DNA of 60,043 nt from a virus (Duplodnaviria > Caudoviricetes): the IMG/VR virus record IMGVR_UViG_3300018035_000100, positions 1 to 60,043 of that record; one strand, given 5' to 3'. Below the pieces are notes generated by a model. That model was not told where the DNA came from, made no database searches, and worked only from the letters and a program-made list of their open reading frames with translations. The position numbers and the translations under genes are program-made. Shown in pieces: positions 56,658-60,043 of this stretch (position 1 is its first letter; each line of letters begins with the position of its first letter).

Positions 56658-57398
56658 ATGGAAAGAAAATATTGTGAAAAATGTGGAATACTTTTAGGAC
56701 TTACAACAAAGGGTTCATTATGCAATAAACACAGAGATCGAGCAGGAATTAACAACCCATTTTACGGAAAAACTCATTCAAAAGAAACAATTGATAAAGC
56801 AAAAATAAAATGTAAGACCTCTTCAGAAAAATTGTGGAAAGATCCTCTTTATCGAGAAAAAGTAATAAAAGCAATTTCTAAACCTAGACCAAAGAGTTTC
56901 AAAGATGAACAAAGCCTGCGTATAAAACAATGGTATCAAAATAACCCTGAACAAAAAGAGTTTCGAAGCAAATCTATGAAAAAAAATTGGAGTGAGGGAA
57001 AAATAAAACCTAATTCATGTGCTATTCATAATTCTACTTCTAAGCAAGAAGCAAAGTTTTTTTCCGACATTAAAAGCATTTTTGGCGATTACGCTATTAA
57101 AAAATCCCTGAGATTGGGAAAAAAATGGATTATTCCAGATGTTCTTTTAAAAGATATTCATTATGTAATAGAATATTATGGAGATTTTTGGCACGCAAAT
57201 CCAGAAAAATATAAGGCTAATGATATTATTTATTTTAAAACTGCTAAAGAGGTATGGGATAGAGATGCATATCGAATAAAATTATTAAAAGAGGCTGGAT
57301 ATGAGGTTATAATTGTTTGGGACTCAGATTATAAGAAAAATAAAGAAAAAATATTAAATAACCTCTCTTATCTTTTATGGGATAGTTGCATTTTTTAA
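56658..57398 (+). CDS. homing endonuclease: NUMOD3 plus Vsr/PD-(D/E)XK-like domain
   Basis: NNPFYGKTHSKET; PD...VIEYYGDFWH...RD......GYEVIIVW. Confidence 0.82.
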   Translation: MERKYCEKCGILLGLTTKGSLCNKHRDRAGINNPFYGKTHSKETIDKAKIKCKTSSEKLWKDPLYREKVIKAISKPRPKSFKDEQSLRIKQWYQNNPEQKEFRSKSMKKNWSEGKIKPNSCAIHNSTSKQEAKFFSDIKSIFGDYAIKKSLRLGKKWIIPDVLLKDIHYVIEYYGDFWHANPEKYKANDIIYFKTAKEVWDRDAYRIKLLKEAGYEVIIVWDSDYKKNKEKILNNLSYLLWDSCIF

Positions 57399-58744
57399 TG
57401 TTCCTCTCGTATTATTTTTCCTGCTTTCATATTTATTAATGGTTTGATTCTATTTAAAATCACTGCTGTTGGTTTAAGTGCCTCTTCAATGATTCGTGAG
57501 TCTTTATATGCACTAGGAGATTCATCTAAAGTATCCGTTGCAATAGTTGTAGAATAAATCCCGGTCATTTGCCTTTTGTATGTATTAACATCAAGTGTTT
57601 TTTTGGCTTTTGCTCTAGACATATTCCTACCAGCTCCATGCGGGGCACTATAATTCCATTCCGGGTTAGATAGACCCTCACATATTAATATCCCATCTCT
57701 CATATTATAAGGTATCAACATTCGTTCCCCAATATAAGATCTGATTGCCCCCTTACGGATTATAAAATCTCTGAAATCGATATAGTTGTGTGTTGTTGAA
57801 ATAGAATCTTTAATTTCTGTTTCGGGATAATCAGATTTAATTATTTCAACAATTTTTTTAATAATTAAATTACGATTGGTTTCTGCATAATGTTGAGCAA
57901 AAATCATATCATATAAATACCCAATTGCTTGGTCACCTTCAAGCCATCGAAGCTCATCTGAACAGGGATAAGTCGGAACCGGGTCTGGGGACGCTTTATA
58001 AGCTTTGATTTGCTCATAAAGTTCTTTACCAGTATACCGGGATTTTAAATCAGCTATAGCTTCTTGGCGATCAGCTTTTGATCGTTTAGTAAAATTTTTA
58101 ATAGCTGTGCCTTGCCAATAACCACAAATAGCTTTACCAAGATTACGGGATCCAGTATGATCGGTAATCCAAATATTTTTATTCAAATCTTTTCCAATTT
58201 CAATAAAATGATTTGATCCTCCATTTGACATTAAGCTATTTAAAACTCTTTTTGGATCACACCCTATTAAATGGCATTTATCAAGGAGCCATTTAATATC
58301 ATAATAAGGGGGTGGAGGAACCGCAATAGAAAATCGATTTTGATAAGCTACAGCGAAGGACTGGGCCCGGGCCCGGGCCTCTTTCCAGTCATATTCCCGT
58401 TCCACATTTATAACTGATCGATCATTAATATCGAACCCGAATGGAATATGTTGTCGTATACGTTGCTCAATTCTTGCCAAGTCCAAATTTTCTAAACGTC
58501 CAAGATTAGTTGACAAAAGCCCACACCCTATGTCAACCGAAACGGTGTTTGGGACTATATACGGACCTATAGGCATCGTAAAACCGATCGGTGACGAAGT
58601 CCCTTGATGTATATCAGGCATCATCACCACAGAATTCGTAAACCCTTTATGATTAATGAGTTCCGTAACCTGTCCTATTGCAGACGGTTCAACATCATCG
58701 ATCATTATTTTTGCAGACGTATATTTTCCAAATAATTCAATCAT
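57395..58744 (-). CDS. rtcB: RtcB RNA-splicing/repair ligase
   Basis: MPD.H, VDIGCG, NHFIE, HTGSR, HNY, RKGA, SAPHGAGR, DESPSAYK. Confidence 0.95.
   Translation of the reverse strand: MIELFGKYTSAKIMIDDVEPSAIGQVTELINHKGFTNSVVMMPDIHQGTSSPIGFTMPIGPYIVPNTVSVDIGCGLLSTNLGRLENLDLARIEQRIRQHIPFGFDINDRSVINVEREYDWKEARARAQSFAVAYQNRFSIAVPPPPYYDIKWLLDKCHLIGCDPKRVLNSLMSNGGSNHFIEIGKDLNKNIWITDHTGSRNLGKAICGYWQGTAIKNFTKRSKADRQEAIADLKSRYTGKELYEQIKAYKASPDPVPTYPCSDELRWLEGDQAIGYLYDMIFAQHYAETNRNLIIKKIVEIIKSDYPETEIKDSISTTHNYIDFRDFIIRKGAIRSYIGERMLIPYNMRDGILICEGLSNPEWNYSAPHGAGRNMSRAKAKKTLDVNTYKRQMTGIYSTTIATDTLDESPSAYKDSRIIEEALKPTAVILNRIKPLINMKAGKIIREEH
58358..58379. repeat. 6-bp-periodic GC array (GGAC TG GGCC CG GGCC CG GGCC)
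   Basis: Four phased cores in rtcB. Confidence 0.65.
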
Positions 58745-58838
58745 ATAGTCCTTTCAATTTGGCTATTCAATGGGTATTGTTACATACTCCAAAGATTTAC
58801 AAAGCTTTCCTTCCTCTTGCCAAAATGTCAGATAGTTC

Positions 58839-59057
58839 TTACATCAGTTTCATGTTCCCTATACGCATGTTTCCCAAGTGCATGTTTGACAAGGAACTAA
58901 TAACTCCAAACGCGCTCAACAGCCACAGTATCACCAGGACGACCACCACAACATTCAAGATAGTCTTGATTTTCCCGTCCATGGGAATGTACTTGTTGAT
59001 GAGCCACAGCACGACGCCGACGATAATGAGAATGAAAAGAATAGAGATTATTGTCAT
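58839..59057 (-). CDS. small 2-TM membrane protein (Thivi_2564-like)
   Basis: LIIVGVVLWLINKYIPMDGKIKTILNVVVVVLVILWLL; visibly higher GC than its neighbours. Confidence 0.7.
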   Translation of the reverse strand: MTIISILFILIIVGVVLWLINKYIPMDGKIKTILNVVVVVLVILWLLSAFGVISSLSNMHLGNMRIGNMKLM

Positions 59058-59132
59058 GATTTTTACCCTTTCTTTGTAAATGATGAACTATCACGATTTA
59101 TTATTATACCACGCAATAGTCATGCCATAGCT

Positions 59133-59465
59133 TTAAATTCGACCTGTATTTGTTTCAACAGAAATCGCCCTATCGTCCCATAGTTCTATCATACCATAAT
59201 CTTTTTCATTCGTAATCTCCAAAAGTGGAAGACCGTGCTTCTTGAGCCAACAATGAATAAGGACTTTTTGTTCTTTACGAGTTCCTTTTATCAACTTTTT
59301 CGCAGCTCGAGCCGTAAATATTTTTACGGTTGTTCCTTCCTGAAGCCATTTTTTAATTCTTTCTACCATTGACGGAATAGGGTCTCCTATATGATTTGGA
59401 TCATTTGGATCATAATTATAAACTGCAAGAGTTCCGTCTAAATCCACTCCTATCCAAGGTTTCAT
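59133..59465 (-). CDS. minimal HAD-superfamily phosphatase
   Basis: GVDLDGTL, IFTAR, TNEK, WDDRA. Confidence 0.8.
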   Translation of the reverse strand: MKPWIGVDLDGTLAVYNYDPNDPNHIGDPIPSMVERIKKWLQEGTTVKIFTARAAKKLIKGTRKEQKVLIHCWLKKHGLPLLEITNEKDYGMIELWDDRAISVETNTGRI

Positions 59466-59499
59466 TTTATATTTTCTTTCTCAAATTTATTTTCCTTTA

Positions 59500-59769
59500 T
59501 TATCTATGGTTTATTGCTCTTACTAGTGCAAGGGTGTCTTCTGGACTCGGATTAATTACTTCCGACTGTAATTTTAAAAGAGAATTGCAACAGGGACAAT
59601 TAATTTGATAAAGTTTTCCTGTTCCAGCAGGACCTAAAAGTGTGGCTGGGGTACATCCTTCCCACATTGCAAATTCATGCTTAAGAGGTTCGAAAGGGAT
59701 TTGAGGATTTTTTTGTTGAGTATTCTCTTGATCTCCTTTATAAAAATGTTTTCTTCGTTTTTTGCTCAT
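59500..59769 (-). CDS. hypothetical protein with CPCC motif
   Basis: 89-aa ORF. Confidence 0.45.
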   Translation of the reverse strand: MSKKRRKHFYKGDQENTQQKNPQIPFEPLKHEFAMWEGCTPATLLGPAGTGKLYQINCPCCNSLLKLQSEVINPSPEDTLALVRAINHR

Positions 59770-59801
59770 AAGATTCCACCCTAATTCTAATAACCGTTAA
59801 A

Positions 59802-59859
59802 CGAATCCTCAACCTGTTGTTTTTGAAACAACCGCTTCTACCAATTGGGCTACGTGCAC
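59802..59859 (-). pseudogene. 3'-truncated tRNA-Leu(CAA)
   Basis: GTGCACG-TAGCCCAATTGGTAG..., anticodon arm GTTGT-TTCAAAA-ACAAC; tRNA-like sequence stops after T-loop TTCG. Confidence 0.6.
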
Positions 59860-59862
59860 TTA

Positions 59863-59936
59863 TAAGCGCGATGGGATTCGAACCCATGGATGTCAGATCT
59901 TAAATCTGATGTGTCTACCAATTGCACCACGCGCCT
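59863..59936 (-). tRNA. tRNA-Leu(TAA) with short variable loop, no encoded CCA
   Basis: Acceptor AGGCGCG/CGCGCTT+A; anticodon arm TCAGA-TTTAAGA-TCTGA; T arm ATGGG-TTCGAAT-CCCAT. Confidence 0.85.
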
Positions 59937-59946
59937 GTTTACGAAA

Positions 59947-59990
59947 GTGAGCGGGAAAGCCCACGACTTCAGCCGTGTGGATGAGAGCGA
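59947..59990 (+). mobile_element. IS200/IS605-family left-end-like sequence
   Basis: GTGAGCGGGAAAGCCCACGACTTCAGCCGTGTGGATGAGAGCGA hairpin; any tnpB would lie beyond the window. Confidence 0.55.
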
Positions 59991-59999
59991 ACATGTATA

Positions 60000-60013
60000 A
60001 TAGTCTTTTAATA
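60000..60013 (+). promoter_or_regulatory. putative late-promoter motif ATAGTCTTTTAATA
   Basis: One mismatch to the motif; the downstream gene is outside the window. Confidence 0.4.
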
Positions 60014-60043
60014 AAACGATTGTAATATATAAAAGACCAGAAA

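Noticed and set aside
1-60043. Many short antisense or overlapping ORFs in the track (e.g. 516-707, 1750-2004, 13023-13229, 33800-34090, 58678-59079)
   Set aside because: They are shadows of longer motif-bearing genes, with no RBS or recognisable motifs.
1-60043. Stop-codon reassignment, as in some jumbo phages
   Set aside because: Genes are full length and tightly packed under code 11, and TAA, TAG and TGA all end genes.

Overview
An AT-rich (about 30% GC by eye) 60-kb segment of a large contractile-tailed (myovirus/jumbo-type) phage, read in the standard genetic code. 0.1-24 kb is a baseplate/tail module: tail lysozyme, gp25-like, baseplate-J-like, an oppositely oriented wedge-like protein, two paralogous fibre/baseplate proteins, and an inserted dnaJ. 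24-32 kb holds an SNF2 helicase and a glycosyltransferase/methyltransferase/radical-SAM island with two damaged genes. 32-39 kb is replication: DnaC-like loader, DnaB, a primase zinc finger and PolA. 39-53 kb holds a phage sigma factor, an MqsA-like protein, DUF2997-DUF1257-AAA plus vWA, HPr, ThyX and an intein-containing UvrD. 53-60 kb is mostly minus-strand accessory genes (deaminase, SLT, thioredoxin, RtcB, HAD), two homing endonucleases, two Leu tRNA genes and an IS200/IS605-like end. The most unusual signals are: (1) five scattered small proteins with an ungapped shared C-terminal motif [DN]-[LI]-[IV]-L-Y-[ST]-x-[WFY]-x-x-K-x-x-x-[FY]-[FWY]-x-L-L; (2) 6-bp-periodic GGNC/GNCC arrays hidden inside unrelated genes; (3) a 14-bp putative late promoter ATAATCYYYTAATA alongside a sigma70-like class; (4) strong D-x-[ST] enrichment in virion proteins beside a glycosylation island; (5) a solitary type I-E-like CRISPR repeat. 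All family assignments are by motif recognition; no database search was run.
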